Source: Azolla caroliniana
Taxonomy: Eukaryota; Plantae; Polypodiophyta
Assembly (NCBI GenBank): GCA_043228905.1
Contig: JBHGNT010000009.1
Span: 10,602,001-10,666,000 of the forward strand
DNA: 64,000 nt
Direction of reading: 5' to 3'
Positions 38,001 to 51,420 of this stretch are shown here, piece after piece (position 1 is the stretch's first letter; the number at the start of each line of letters is the position of its first letter). The position numbers were made by a program, and so were the translations under genes. The notes under the pieces are model-generated. The model was not told where the DNA came from and searched no databases. It was given only the letters and a program-made list of their open reading frames with translations.

Positions 38001-41000
38001 CTCTCGGCACACTTGGGCGTGCTTGATCGTGAAAAAGAGTGAAGTCTTCGCGTGTTTCCTGAAGGTAAAGAGCCTTGCGGAAAGGGAAACTAGGGGTAAG
38101 ATCAAGTGCCTACGGTCCGATGGGGGGAAGGAGTACTTCTTTAACCAGTTCGCAAGTTTTCTACAGAAGGAGGGAATTTGACGTGAATTCTCGTGTAGAT
38201 ACGCGCCGCAACAGAACGACGTGGCCGAGCAGAAGAATTGGGCAATCGAAGAGGTGGCAAGGGCAATGCTTGAAGAGAAGCATCTGCCGAAGTTCTATTG
38301 GGCTGAAGCCATAAGGACGGTTGTTTACTTGCAGAATCGAACTTCTGCAAATGAAGGAGTGTCGCCACATGAGCTGTACTTCAGCAAGAAGCCGAACTTG
38401 GCACACTTGAGGGTTTTCGGTAGCATCGCGTATGTGCATGTGCCGAAGGAGAAATGGAGGCAACTAGATGCCAAAGCCGAGAAGTGTATCTTGGTTGGCT
38501 ACTCGGACGAACAGAAGGGTTATAAGTGCTATAAACCCCGAACCAAACAAGTTGGTGTAAGTCGAGATGTTGTGTTCAACGAGTCCGCTTCGTGGTACTT
38601 GTCTTCGCCCTCAGTACCCAATGACTCCACTCCAAATTCTAAAGAAGAGGTAAGCAAGGCTGAGATGTCTTCGCTGCGATGAGGAAATCGGAGCTCTAGG
38701 AGAGAGTCCAATCTCATTTTCGCTAAATGGGCCGAGTGAGGGGTTGAGCCGAGATGGTCAACCGTGTGAAGAGTCGGCAAGTAGTGGAGACTCGGCCGTG
38801 TTGTCCCTGTGTAAAGAACCGAGGAGACGGTTTACGCGCAGAGAGGAGGGGAAGAAGAAGATGTCAGAGTACGAGTTCGGTAGTGCCGAGTCAGATCGGA
38901 GCGGAAGAGGTCTAAATCGGCCGAGAGGGCCACAAAATCGGCTAATCACGAATTACGCTGACCTACCCACCTAAAGAACCCCGTAAAGAGATACGGGTAT
39001 AATGAGTACATGGTGCACTATTATGTGTACATGATGCGAGTGACAGAAGTGCATGAGCCGAAGAGCTACGCAGAAGCGGCGAAAGACGCAAACTGGTGTG
39101 TCGCGATGGAGGAAGAGATGCGCGCATTATCGGACAACGAGACTTGGGACCTGGTTGACGCACCGAAGGGTGTGAAGCCAATCGGATGTAGATGGGTGTA
39201 TAAGGTCAAGTACAATACCAACGGCTCTATCAACCGCTACAAGGCCCGATTAGTGGCGAAAGGCAACACGCAGAAGCACGGCATGGATTACGACGAGACC
39301 TTCGCGCTTGTCATGAAGATGACCACCGTGTGTGTTCTGTTAGCCGTAGCAACGGCGAAGGGGTGGCATCTAAATCAGATGGATGTGAAGAATGTGTTCC
39401 TGCAAGGTGACCTTGAGGAGCAAGTGTACATGGTACAACCCCCCAGATTCTTATCCAAACACAACACTTCGGCAGTGTGTCGATTGAAGAAGTCGTTATA
39501 CGTACATAAGCAATCCCCGCGAGCTTGGAATGCGAAGATTACGCAAGGGTTGTGTACGATGGGGTTTGCGCCATCGAAGTTGAACTCTTCATTGTTCGTT
39601 CAGCAAGGTCGACATGGACCGGTTTGTCTTTTACTTTATGTTGATGATTTAGCCATCGTCGGTGCCGACCTAGATGAAATTGGCCGCGTAAAGTCTCAGC
39701 ATGCGGCATCATTCGACATGAAGGATCTTGGAGACCTTCATTACTTCCTTGGGATCGAAGTGATCCGCACCCCCGAAGGCATATTGATCAGCTAGTGTCA
39801 TTACGCGTTGAATATGCTCTTCAAGTTCAAGATGGTAGATTGTAAACCCATATTGACCCCTCTGGATAGAAACGCCAAGCTTCGCCGAGATTTGGGAAAG
39901 GCATGTGACCCGACACAGTTCCGACAGATTGTCGGAAACCTAATCTATTTGACGATCACTCGACCGGATCTCAGCTACCTGGTCGGCCTGATCAGTCAAT
40001 TTATGTCGCAGCCCATGGCCGAACACTTTCAGTGTGCGCAAAGGATATTGTGATATGTCAGCGGCACTAAATACATAGCGTTGTTGTATCGGGCAAGCGT
40101 AGTCGAATAGTTAGTTGGCTACCCGGGTGCCGATTGGGTCGGAAATGCCAACAATCATAGATCCACATCCGTATACGCATTCTCAATGGGAAATGCGGTG
40201 ATCGCGTGGAGCAATAAGAAGCAACCGACAGTAGCATTGTCGAGCACAGAGGCCGAATATCGAGGGGCCATTGTCACTACGTCTGAAGTCATTTGGCTAA
40301 AACGGCTATTAGGGGATCTACATGTGGAGGTGTCTGCTCTGACAACGATCTATTGCAACAACCTCAAAAGCATCCAACTTGCAAAAAACCTCGTATTTCA
40401 CACTCAGACCAAGCACATTGAGGTGCATTACCATTTTGTCCATGAGCATGTCCTTTCCGGTGAAGTCGAACTAGCGTATGTTCACACAAGTCGGCAGATT
40501 GCCGACGTATTCACCAAACCACTAGCTCTCAACAAGGTGCAGCAATTCTCGGATATGCTTGGGTTGCGACACCTTGACATGTCGAACTTGAGGGGGAGAC
40601 AAGAACAGGAGCGTGAGCTTGAAAGGAGCGGAACTGATCATTTTGGCAGAACTGATCATCGCGATGCCGAATTGGATGAAGAATTCGATTTCGGGTCGGC
40701 TGAAGAAGCCGAAGATGAGTACAGGGACCGTAACCGCAGGGAAGAGCCGAAGACAGCCGATAAAGGAGGCGATAAGTCCAAGACCAAGACGTGATCTAAC
40801 ATTGTCAAAGGCCTAAAGACTGAAGACAAATTGGAGACAACCAATTCAGACGTAAGCGGAAATGAATTGGAAGTGACCGATTCATTCAAAATGTTCGATT
40901 CGAATATGCCGAATCAATTGAGGGCCAAGCGGAGGAAAGGGTGTTGTCCACCGGAATAGTAACCGACCGACAAGAGCGCAGGAATAGGAAATAGTATATA

Positions 41001-41449
41001 TAAGATTGTAACGCATGTAACGGTTCACGCGGGAAGCGTGAACGGCTAAAAGACCCTGCGTATATAAAGGGCAGAAAACCTCTGATAGAGGGAGCGTGTA
41101 ATTTTGGAATGTAAAGAAGCGTATCGTAATAGAATTCTATCTTCTCTTATATATGTGTATAGCTACGGCTAATCTACTGTGTGTCTGGAATACCTGAGAG
41201 TGTAGAAGTAAGAACATGAGCGTGTAACCACTGATAAGGGGTCGGTTGTAGCCGTCTCCCTTATACGCTGCTAGGTTATGGGGAACATACCCCTATGTAT
41301 TACGCACAGACGCCACCATTCATTGTTTCACAGTCACTTGGAGGTCTAGGTCGAAGGACTGACCGCAGACCGTGTTCCTAATCGGTAACACTTTTGCCAT
41401 GCTTGGTGATCTGTGTCTTCTCACAGACGAACAGCGACGAATGGATGTT

Positions 41450-44400
41450 TAGCCGCCGACGCCCCAAAGAACCAACACGACAAGACCGGCCAATCACAAG
41501 CTGCGTCACACGCCAGGCAAAGGAACGCGCACGGCAAAAGCCTCGCCTCAGCGACCTCTGTACTACCTGTCGTGATTACAAAGGTGATTCTTCGCTCTCC
41601 AAATACCTCAATGATACGCGAGGAGCACGCTCACCACAGCAACACTGTGGTCTTTCTCGACCCGCCGTAGCCCCCAGCATGGCCTTTGCCTATCCCTGCT
41701 TTAACGACGAAACCGACGCCGCAACCCATATTCGCATGTTCCTTAATGTCTGGAATGCGAACCACATGGCGTAGAGCCTTTCTGAGGCGGTAGCGCACCA
41801 GTCGAAAATGACGGAGTTCGGGTTTAAATTGGATGGGCGAGCGGCATTTTGGCATTCACAGATGGATTTGCCAGCAATCAACTGCAGTCCGCCTTCTTGC
41901 GGTTCTTCCATCAGAGGGTTCCACAACGCGAAATCCTCGGACAGTTCTACACGATTAAGCAACTGCCGACCGAGACGATCGCAGACTTCAGCTTACGTTT
42001 CCAAACTTTACGGTGGAAACTAGAACGGAGCCCTGCAGAGGACGAGGCTCGAGAGACATTTTTGGTAGCATTACACTGACCCATACAGACAACGCTCAAC
42101 AACAATAGCGTGAAAAGGGAAACAACGGATATGGTCATTGAACGAGCGTTACAGCTCGAGTTGGACAAGGAGGAGGAAAGGTTTTCTATGTCCTCCTTAC
42201 GACAAGCGTTACCCCAGGACGAGGAACGACAGTTTCGTCAAGCAATCCAGTGCACGATTTGCTTGAACTCGGGGCATTCCGCAGTGGAGTGCAAAATGCG
42301 AATCCACTACCCAATCTGCCACTCGAAGGCCCACTCAGTCGACCAATGCGAATACAATATGTTGAACAGAGCTGCTCCCATAGTACACAGCATGGACACA
42401 CAACGTCCCCCACGCCGTACTGAACAAAGGAGGCAAGAAGACCGACCACGGTATGTGGATCGCAACCCACGTGACGACCGGCACCACCGGAATCGCCGGA
42501 ATCACAACGATTCCGAGGAAGACAAACCAGAGGATGAGGATTACCGTGGACCTCCAAGTTATGCTAAAGGGGGCCGGCACTATGAGAATCACTGGCCGAC
42601 AAACAAACGTGGTGGCTTCAATGGTTATCGTGGGAAGCCGCGGCAATATCGAGACCACCGGCGATATGACGAAAGCTCGGGAGATGAGCGACACCAAGAA
42701 CCACGTCGGGACCAACAGCAACCATTGCGTGCGTTCCGACAAATGAGGCCGGACCGTGAGGAGCAAGTCGCACCAAGGGATCAGCACACACCACCAAGAG
42801 CCAAGAAAGGGCGAATCGAGCATCCATTGTTTTGTTTGTCAACAGCCCGGACACTATGCCACGCAATGCCCAACACGCAAGGGCAAGGGGCCCGCCGTCA
42901 ATACGATTACGGCGGAAGTGCAGCAAGTCATGACACACCAGCGAACAAAAATGGTTGATTGGGTTGCGCAAGATGAGATACGACGACAAGCCCATGCATG
43001 GGTGGAAAAAGCAAACGCAACCAATATAGAGCGCATGCGGAAGGAGTCCGCGAATACGATGGAGCGAGCAGAGGACGAAGGACCGGGCCCGCACCCCATT
43101 TGGCAGGCATTAGCGCGCTGCAAGCTAACGTTAACCATGGAGAAGCTGCTGCAGCTAGTCCCACGCTTCCGCCAGACCATGGAAGAACAGGTGACAGGCA
43201 TACTCGGGGTGAGCATCGCTACAAACCTTACGGACGTTAGCAACGGACCGCCTGTAGTGGATCACCACAACCTGACTATTACATTGATATTACACGGACA
43301 GGAAATTCCTGGATGCATAATCGATGGCGGCTTAGGCGTTAATGTAATTAGCGCGAAAACTTGCGAGCAGTTAGGCATTTCAGAATGGGAGGCTTGCCCA
43401 TTCTAGCTCCGAATGGCAGATACCCGCTCAGTACGACCATTGGGGTTAATTCGCAAGATAGACATTATCATGGGCAGCCATCGCTTCGACATCTCGGTGG
43501 TCGTCCTCACCTTGGACGCCTCAGGGGCGTACCCCGTGCTTCTGGGCAGACCATGGCTTCGGGCAGCAAATATCAAGCAGAGCTGGCAACACAAGTGTAT
43601 CAGTTTCCGACACGGACACACTAAGGTTCACGTACCTACGGAAGGAAGCACGCCACAATCCAAGGGTATAACACCATTATACGCAGAAGACATAAATATG
43701 TTGGATGGGGTGGAGGATGCAGAATTAGAGGCATACCTAGACGAGCACCCTCGGATCATTCCGCTGTTCGAAATCGACGTCATCGCAACCGCGGCAGAAT
43801 ATGCCACGGCCACTATTCTCCACAACAAGGCTTACGAACCAAACCCGGAGTCCATATTGGAGCTCAGTAGAGCACGGGCGGCATTCGAAAGGGAAATGGA
43901 AATTTCACAATGAGTCACCGCCTTTGCCCTGGAAGAAGTAAACGTGGGTACGGAGTCAGAACCTCGTTTCCTCTCCATCGCAAAGGAATTAAGGCCGGAC
44001 CAAAGAAACACGATGATCGCACTACTCAAGAAATCTAAAGATGTGTTCGCTTGGGCTCACGAGGAAATGAAGGGGTTAGATCCCAAGTTCTATCAACATA
44101 AGATCAATTTAGCAACCGACGCAAAACCCATCCAGCAGTGTCGCTACCGGATGAACCCAAACTACGCGACCCGGGTAAAAGAAGAAATTGACAAACTCCT
44201 AAAGGCAGGATTCATATGACCAATTAAACAAGCCACATGGTTAAGTCCGATAGTAGTCATTCCAAAGAAAAACGGCAAAATACGGGTATGCGTGGATTAC
44301 CGAAAATTAAACGTCGTAACCATTACGGATGCATTCCCTTTACCATTCACCGATAGCGTATTGGACGCCGTCGCAAGACATGAGATGTATAGTTTTTTAG

Positions 44401-46788
44401 ATGGCTTTAGTGGGTATAACCAGGTACGCATGCATCCCGATGACCACGAGAAGACGGCATTTGTCACGGACTGGGGAATCTATGTGGCAGTCATCATGAT
44501 GTTCGGGCTAAAGACGGCGCCGGCAACATTTCAACAAACAATTACGGAGATCTTTGGGGAATATATTCCGGCGTTCATGCAAGTTTTTTTAGATGACTTT
44601 GCGGTATATGGGAGAACAATCGACCATTTTACGCATCTGCAACTGTGCCTGGAACGTTGTCGCACCGCACGCTTACGCCTAAATCCCACGAAATGTGCCT
44701 TCGGCGCGACCAGCGGGACTCTCCTAGTCAATATCGTCAGCAAGGAGGGAATAGCGGTCGATCCGAACAAGATCTCCGTTATTATGCAAGCCAAAACTCC
44801 GACAAACGCGAAATCACTCAACCGGTTTTTAGGACAAATACGGTGGCATAGTCGGATGATACGATATTTGACGGACTTCACCACGCTGTTACATGTTGTC
44901 GTGCATCGGACTCCCTTCCAATGAACCGCAACGGAGGACAAGGCCTATGAGGCACTTAAGATAATGCTCACACAAGCCCCCATCATACAACCACCAGTTT
45001 GGGCGAAGCCATTCCACATGTTCATCGATGCCTCGGACATAGCAATAGGGAGTGCGCTAATGCAGCTCACCGAACCAAACTAGTATCGGCCAATGTACTA
45101 CGCAAGTCGCAAATTATCAACAGCAGAGCGTAACTATTCCACAACGGAGCGGGAGGCGCTAGGGATGATCTATAGCATCAATAAATTCCGGCATTATTTA
45201 CTGGGGAGGAAATTCACGTTCCACGTGGATCATTCAATGCTGCTGTATTTGGTGGAGAAACAAGCCTTGATGGGGAAATTGGCGCGATGGATGTTGCTGC
45301 TTCAAGAATTCGATTTTGTAATTCAGCACCGATCGGGGATGCAACATGCAGTGGAAGGTTTTTTTGGCAGACTCAATAATGGAGAAACAATACAAAAGGA
45401 CGACGACGATTTTCCGGACGCCGACATCCTGCGGGTAGCAGCACTGGTAGAAAGAACGGAATTGACCTTTCCGGACCGGTGTCTTATGGAAATGATATAC
45501 TTTTTTACTACGGGACTGCATCCACCACAATTACACACGGACGAGAAGAAACGACTAGCCGTCCGAAGTCGTAACTTCTGCCTCGTAGAAGGAATTTTAT
45601 ATCACAAAGGAACTGACGGCATTTGGCGACGTGGACGTCAGAATGAGAAAGAAGCAATTTTACGGGAGGCGCACTGCGGCACAACAGGCGGCCATTACGC
45701 AGGCGATGTTACAGCCCGGAAAATATGCCAGGCGAGCCTATGGTGGCCGACAACACAGAAGGACGCATCCGAATATTGTAGAAAGTGTGATTTGTGTGAA
45801 CGGATGGGCCAACCCACAGAGGGCGCAAGGATGCCACACCAGCCCGTATTACCGTTAGACCCCTTCCAAAAGTGGGGATTGGATTTTGTGGGCCCTTTCA
45901 CACCGGCGGCAACCCGTACGGGCAATAAATACATATTGGTAGCCGCAGATTATTGCACCAAGTGGGTAGAAGCAAAGGCACTACGAGAAAATACGGCGGC
46001 CGTCACAACAAGATTCCTTTACGAGCACATCTGGTGCCAGTTCGGCTGTCCGATTGAGCTCATCAGTGACCAGGGGAGCCACTTTCTCAATACGGTGGTT
46101 CAGGAACTAACACATCATTACGCCGTAGTCCACAAGAAGAGTACGCCATATTATCCACATGCGAATGGGTTAGCAGAATCCACCAACAAGACGTTGCAGA
46201 CCATCTTGAAGAAAATCGTCAATGAAAATAGAACGGACTGGGATACCAAATTACAGAGTGTGTTATGGGCGTACAAAACCAGCTACAAAACAAGCATACA
46301 GTCAAAACCATTTCGACTAGCGTTTGGGTTGGAGGTTGTGATGCCCGTAGAGTTTCAGATACCTAGTTTGCAGATTCAGGTACGGAACCGACTATCAAAA
46401 GCCAAGTTGGAGGAGGTACGGCTCCACCAACTACTCGAACTCGGGGAAAAACGTGTACACAGCATGGTTGCGTTGGAGCAGGAACAACGACGGCGTAAAG
46501 CGTTTGTGGATCGACATCGGAATGCACGGGAAAAGGATTTCGTCGTCGGTCGAGCGGTGTTGGTTTTCCAAACCCGCATGGGCCATATGCCAGGGAAGTT
46601 ACGATTCCGTTGGACAAGCCCGTACTAGATAATTGGAGCGGAACAAGGCACGTTCCAACTAGGTACGCTGGCCGGGGAAGTCTTACGACAAAAGGTGAAT
46701 GGGTTTCGCCTTAAACCTTACCTAGGCCCTACGCCACCTAAACCATTCACCGCCGGACAGGGCAAAGCCGGAGAACCCGCAGCGTAAG
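41450..46788 (+). pseudogene. gag-pol: E3 gag-pol, decayed
   Basis: CFVCQQPGHYATQC knuckle, IIDGG protease, RT DYRKLN...FLDD, RH ERNYSTTEREAL, INT KWGLDFVGP/ISDQG/NGLAE; many stops. Confidence 0.9.
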
Positions 46789-47166
46789 TGGACGGCCCCA
46801 CTTGTATCATAATGTAAAAATAGGATGTATGTAACCGTTACGGGAAAAAGAAAAAAAAAGAAAGAGAAGATAGCGACACATTAAAGAAAAAGGACTATGC
46901 ATACACAGACTCCTAGATCAAGAACACGTGGCACCACGATGGCTCACCACCCAATGAACCCTAAACCACAAAAGAAGGAAATAGAAGATCTTCTGCACAA
47001 AATAGAAACTCACATCCTAACTATTAGCGCTGTCGGGGTAGTTGTGGTTCGTGCGGCGAAGTCGCGGGGACTAAGGTTAAGGGGAGTTGAAGAAACTTAA
47101 GTTTAATAAGGCTTGTATGCTGATGATAGAATGGTTAAGGATAGTAAGATGAAGAGTTACAAGTAA

Positions 47167-47203
<37 letters not shown>

Positions 47204-47403
47204 CGAGCATAGATAAAAGATAGAGACAATGTATGATTCAAGAAAGAAGATTGAGACAAAGTATGATTCTAGAAAGAAGATTGAGACAAAGTATGATTCA
47301 AAGAACAAGAGTATATGATATAAACATGATGTATATTAAAAATATAATATTTTACCAACTTTACAATCCTTGATCGCAAGATAAATCTTTTCAATACCGA
47401 CCC

Positions 47404-47910
47404 TTGATTTGAACCCTCGACCTCAACTTCGAAACGAGAGGTTCTCCACCCAATGAGCTAGTCTTCTTCAATTGATTGTATTATTTTTTTACTCTCTCTT
47501 GATTCCTTCATTCCCTTTTGTTTTCCTTTCCTCTCTTTTTATAAGTATTTCCATGCATATGGTAATGTCATGCATGTAATGCATGAGTTACATCTGATGC
47601 ATGATCGCCATTTGGCGCACATGCATTGCATGTGATGCATGATAGCCATCATGCTCATTTGAGCTCCCATGTATTGGGATAAGTATAATGATGGATATAA
47701 TCCTAAAACAAATAACCTAGCTTAGTGGTGTATGGTTTGTGCTTGATATACAAGGTTGAGGGTTCAAGTCCCTCAATTTTACTTAATACAATATATAGCT
47801 TCATTCTTATATCATGAAGCACATTTATTATACACTTTTACAAATAAATAGCCTAGCCTAGTGGTATGTACATTGTACATCGTATATAAGGATGTGGGTT
47901 CAAGTCTCTT
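47404..47910. other. Three tRNA-like A-box/B-box units inside the G4 LTR (repeated in the 5' LTR and in G3 LTRs)
   Basis: +47711-47780 (TAGCTTAGTGG...GGTTCAAGTCC), +47847-47910 (TAGCCTAGTGG...GGTTCAAGTCT) and -47404-47460 (TAGCTCATTGG...GGTTCAAATC). Confidence 0.7.
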
Positions 47911-47964
47911 AAATATTATTAAATACAACATTTAAGCTCATTTTTATATTGTGAAGCACATTCT

Positions 47965-50900
47965 TCACGACACCCACCCCCTCTGAACTTGCACATTGGT
48001 TGTGCAGAGTTCATCCAACACTTCTTCCGATTCTTTTAGTTCTTCTACTTCTTCATAAAATTCAGGCTCTAATGACTCCCTCCTTTTAAATATTTTAATC
48101 CTTTTTCCTGCAATTGGGATACAAATTTCTGTCCCATCTAATTCATTGAGGAAATATGTGGCTTTATCTGTTATTTTCCTAACTTCATAAGGTCCAAACC
48201 ATCTTTTTGCAAACTTCCGAATAGTACTGTATTGATTATCTAGGCTATTATCATATACTAATACCCAATCTCCCTCTTGCACCTTTCTTGGTCGTATTCT
48301 TTTCATCTTGTCAAATCTGTCCTTATTCTTGATTCTTGCCTCTTTCAATCTAGTAGCTGCTTTTTCTATGTCTTCTATCCTTGATTGAAGTTGTCGTATT
48401 CGAACCGCAAGTAAATCTTCCCTACTCATTTCTGATTCCCAAGGCAACACAACCCATGTAGTTATCTTTTCTTCAATTGGCATTATTGGCTTCTGTCCTG
48501 TGATTAATTCTGCAGGCATATATCCAGTAACAGTGCTGTGAGTTGTCCTATCAGCCCATAGTGCATAGGGTAAGGTTTTTGGCCAATCACTAACCCGTCC
48601 TCTACATGCCTTTGCCAAAGCTTTGACTATTGGCCCATGTCCCCTTTCTACCTTTCCATTAGCTTCTAGATTGTATGCCGTTGTCAAAGAAAGCCGAATT
48701 CCTATTTTGTCGAAAAAATCTTGAGCTTCCGCAGAATTGAGTTCTCCCCTATCTGCCACTATCTTCCCGATACATCCATATCTACAAACAATGTCCTCCA
48801 AGATGAATTGACATACTCCTAATGTCCCTTTTGTTCTCAATGAACGACCTTCCACTTGATTTGTTAGATCTTCTCTAGCAAGAACCAAGTATCTCTTTTG
48901 TCCTACTCCAAGTGGCATTGTTACCAAATCTATCATCCACTTGTAATGCACCCCCGGTGAGTATGTTGGGTGTAATTCATCACAAAATTTTACATTTGAA
49001 TAATATTGACAAGTGGGACAAGTTTCCACATACTTTTTTATTTGCTCATAGTATCGAGGCCACCAAAATCGTTCTTTAATCTTACTGAAAGTGGCCCACA
49101 CTCCTCGATGACCAGCCCATTCTTTGTCATGCAGCTCTTTGATTATCTCCTTTCTTTGCCCTTCAGAACCTATTACTCTTTGCGGGTTTCCAATCTTGGT
49201 TTTCGGATGTCGCCATAGATATCCTTCATACAGGAAGAACTTATGGGCTTTCTTGCGAAACTGTGCGAACTCTTTTCCAGATCGACCTTTGTACTTGTTA
49301 GGGGTTTGTAGGTATTTCCCTATTTCCTTGAATTCATCTTCATACTCCTCTTCTAGAAACTGCATTCCTCCTTCCCGAGTAATGCTTGTGGTAAGGACTG
49401 TTTGTTCTTTGTCCTCATCGTCCGAGTCTGGAATCTCCTCTTCCTCATACCTTGCTCTTGATAACATATCTGCTACTGCATTTCTATTCCCAGAGATATG
49501 TCGAACTTCAGGGTTGATTGATCTAATATAGATACACCATCTTAACATGGCTTGATCTGGAATATCACAATTAGCTATGATACCCAGAATAGGCAAACAA
49601 TCAGTTTCTATTATTACTTCAGCACCAATTAAGTAATCTCTGTCTGTCTTTACAGCTGTTACTATCCCCCATAGCTCTCTTTTCACCTGTGCATATTTTC
49701 TTTGTCGACCACTAAGAACCTTTGCCCCGAATCGGACTGGATACCTTTCTTCCCTATCTTGTTGGCTTATCACCCATCCAATTCCAATGGGACTAGAGTC
49801 TACTGTGAGATATATGGGCCGGGTGTAGTCTGGTTGCTTTAATGGTGGAGCTTGTGCCAAGTAGTACTTCAATTTCTTCATTGCCTCTGAATGCTCTTCA
49901 CTCCATTCAAATGTCTCTCCTTTTCTTAGGAGTCTATATAAAGGTTCAGATAAATGGGCATAATGCGGAATCCATTTACAGTAAAAAACACATACCCCCA
50001 GAAACCTTCGTACTTCTGAGATGGATGTACATTCCTCTTGCATATTTTGAATTGCATTGACCTTGGTTGGGGATGGCTTTCTCCCATACGGGCCACACAT
50101 ATGACCAACTATTAATATCTCTTTTGCCCCAAATATTGACTTCGCCCCTGATAAGGTCAAATGCACTTCTTCCATCCTTGATAGCACCTTCTCACAATCC
50201 TTGATATGATCAGCAACGAATTGACGGCAACCACTTTCGTCCAATTCCTCGTTCTTCTCTTCCTCCTTGCATCCCTTAATTGGAACATCATCTAGAAAAG
50301 GCATTGTAATATGAGGAATAAAATCACGAAGTACCTTGTTCATTCCATTCATCATATGCGCCACTGAGTTGGTCGCTCCTTGCGGCAAGGTGCACATCCG
50401 TACTAACCCTATAGGTGTCTTGATAGAAGTTATATCTCGACTTTTGATAGCAAGTTGAAATTGATCATATCCAGAATAAAGGTCTCCCATTGAATATATA
50501 GCTCTTCCTGCAAACATCTCAGCAAACTCATCCACAATTGGCCCTACTCCCGAGTTTCGGATTGTTACCTTATTCACGGGTTGCATATCTTGGATAAATC
50601 GGAGTCGCCCATCTTTCTTTAACACAGTGAACCATCGACTCGAGTAAGGAGCGTTCGATGGTTCCAAGATACCCATCCTTATCTTTTCTTTCAAAAGTTC
50701 TAATAGTTGAGGGATTCTAGCCCTAGGCATGGGTATTGGCTTAAAGTTCCATGGAATATGAGGGATAGTGAATATAACCATGGGCTCCACAATTTCTGGA
50801 TCCACACACCCTATTTCCTCCGGTTGGAATGCAAACGCCTTTCCATGCCTTTTTAACATCTCCCTGAACTGCTTTTCTTCAGCGGGTAATAGGAAGTCAC

Positions 50901-51420
50901 CCCCTCCTATTTTCATCCCTTGTATTGTTTCCGGAGTAAACACATGTCCTACCTTTCGTGGGTCTCTGATCATTGGCTCTGTGGCTGCTTCTTTGATTGC
51001 CTTTTCACTATCCCCTGGAAGTGGAGCAGCAATAGGACGAACCTTCTTCTCCACTGTCTTGTATTTTGTTAGTACATGTGCTTCATGATCCTTTCGAGCA
51101 ACTTCTTCAATGACCTCATACATCTTGATTGAATGGACAGGAACTTGGATTTCGTTGTCTTCTTCCATTGCTTCCAAATGAGTTATTGTATCTTCAAAAC
51201 TTAATTCTTCAAACATATCCTGAATTTCTTCATCATCATCTATTAATCCAGAACACTTAAAGTACTCGAAAGCATTTTGTATTTTATTATTATTTACTTT
51301 TAGTATAAAAGTAGCACCATTAGATGAGATTGTACAAGGAATATCTTTATTTACATTATTATTTATGGGGTTTTCTTTTATGCTCGGGCTATCACAACCC
51401 CTACAAGCCCTATCTAAAAA
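47965..51420 (-). CDS. pol: G4 pol (RT-RNase H-integrase); frame stays open upstream of the first ATG (51216) as far as the gag stop
   Basis: 1083-aa ORF with LPQG, FLDD, RH and INT motifs; the stop codon lies inside the LTR start. Confidence 0.93.
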   Translation of the reverse strand, partial: FLDRACRGCDSPSIKENPINNNVNKDIPCTISSNGATFILKVNNNKIQNAFEYFKCSGLIDDDEEIQDMFEELSFEDTITHLEAMEEDNEIQVPVHSIKMYEVIEEVARKDHEAHVLTKYKTVEKKVRPIAAPLPGDSEKAIKEAATEPMIRDPRKVGHVFTPETIQGMKIGGGDFLLPAEEKQFREMLKRHGKAFAFQPEEIGCVDPEIVEPMVIFTIPHIPWNFKPIPMPRARIPQLLELLKEKIRMGILEPSNAPYSSRWFTVLKKDGRLRFIQDMQPVNKVTIRNSGVGPIVDEFAEMFAGRAIYSMGDLYSGYDQFQLAIKSRDITSIKTPIGLVRMCTLPQGATNSVAHMMNGMNKVLRDFIPHITMPFLDDVPIKGCKEEEKNEELDESGCRQFVADHIKDCEKVLSRMEEVHLTLSGAKSIFGAKEILIVGHMCGPYGRKPSPTKVNAIQNMQEECTSISEVRRFLGVCVFYCKWIPHYAHLSEPLYRLLRKGETFEWSEEHSEAMKKLKYYLAQAPPLKQPDYTRPIYLTVDSSPIGIGWVISQQDREERYPVRFGAKVLSGRQRKYAQVKRELWGIVTAVKTDRDYLIGAEVIIETDCLPILGIIANCDIPDQAMLRWCIYIRSINPEVRHISGNRNAVADMLSRARYEEEEIPDSDDEDKEQTVLTTSITREGGMQFLEEEYEDEFKEIGKYLQTPNKYKGRSGKEFAQFRKKAHKFFLYEGYLWRHPKTKIGNPQRVIGSEGQRKEIIKELHDKEWAGHRGVWATFSKIKERFWWPRYYEQIKKYVETCPTCQYYSNVKFCDELHPTYSPGVHYKWMIDLVTMPLGVGQKRYLVLAREDLTNQVEGRSLRTKGTLGVCQFILEDIVCRYGCIGKIVADRGELNSAEAQDFFDKIGIRLSLTTAYNLEANGKVERGHGPIVKALAKACRGRVSDWPKTLPYALWADRTTHSTVTGYMPAELITGQKPIMPIEEKITTWVVLPWESEMSREDLLAVRIRQLQSRIEDIEKAATRLKEARIKNKDRFDKMKRIRPRKVQEGDWVLVYDNSLDNQYSTIRKFAKRWFGPYEVRKITDKATYFLNELDGTEICIPIAGKRIKIFKRRESLEPEFYEEVEELKESEEVLDELCTTNVQVQRGWVS

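Noticed and set aside
47711-47910. Functional tRNA genes
   Set aside because: Acceptor and D stems do not pair, so these are reported only as tRNA-like LTR modules.
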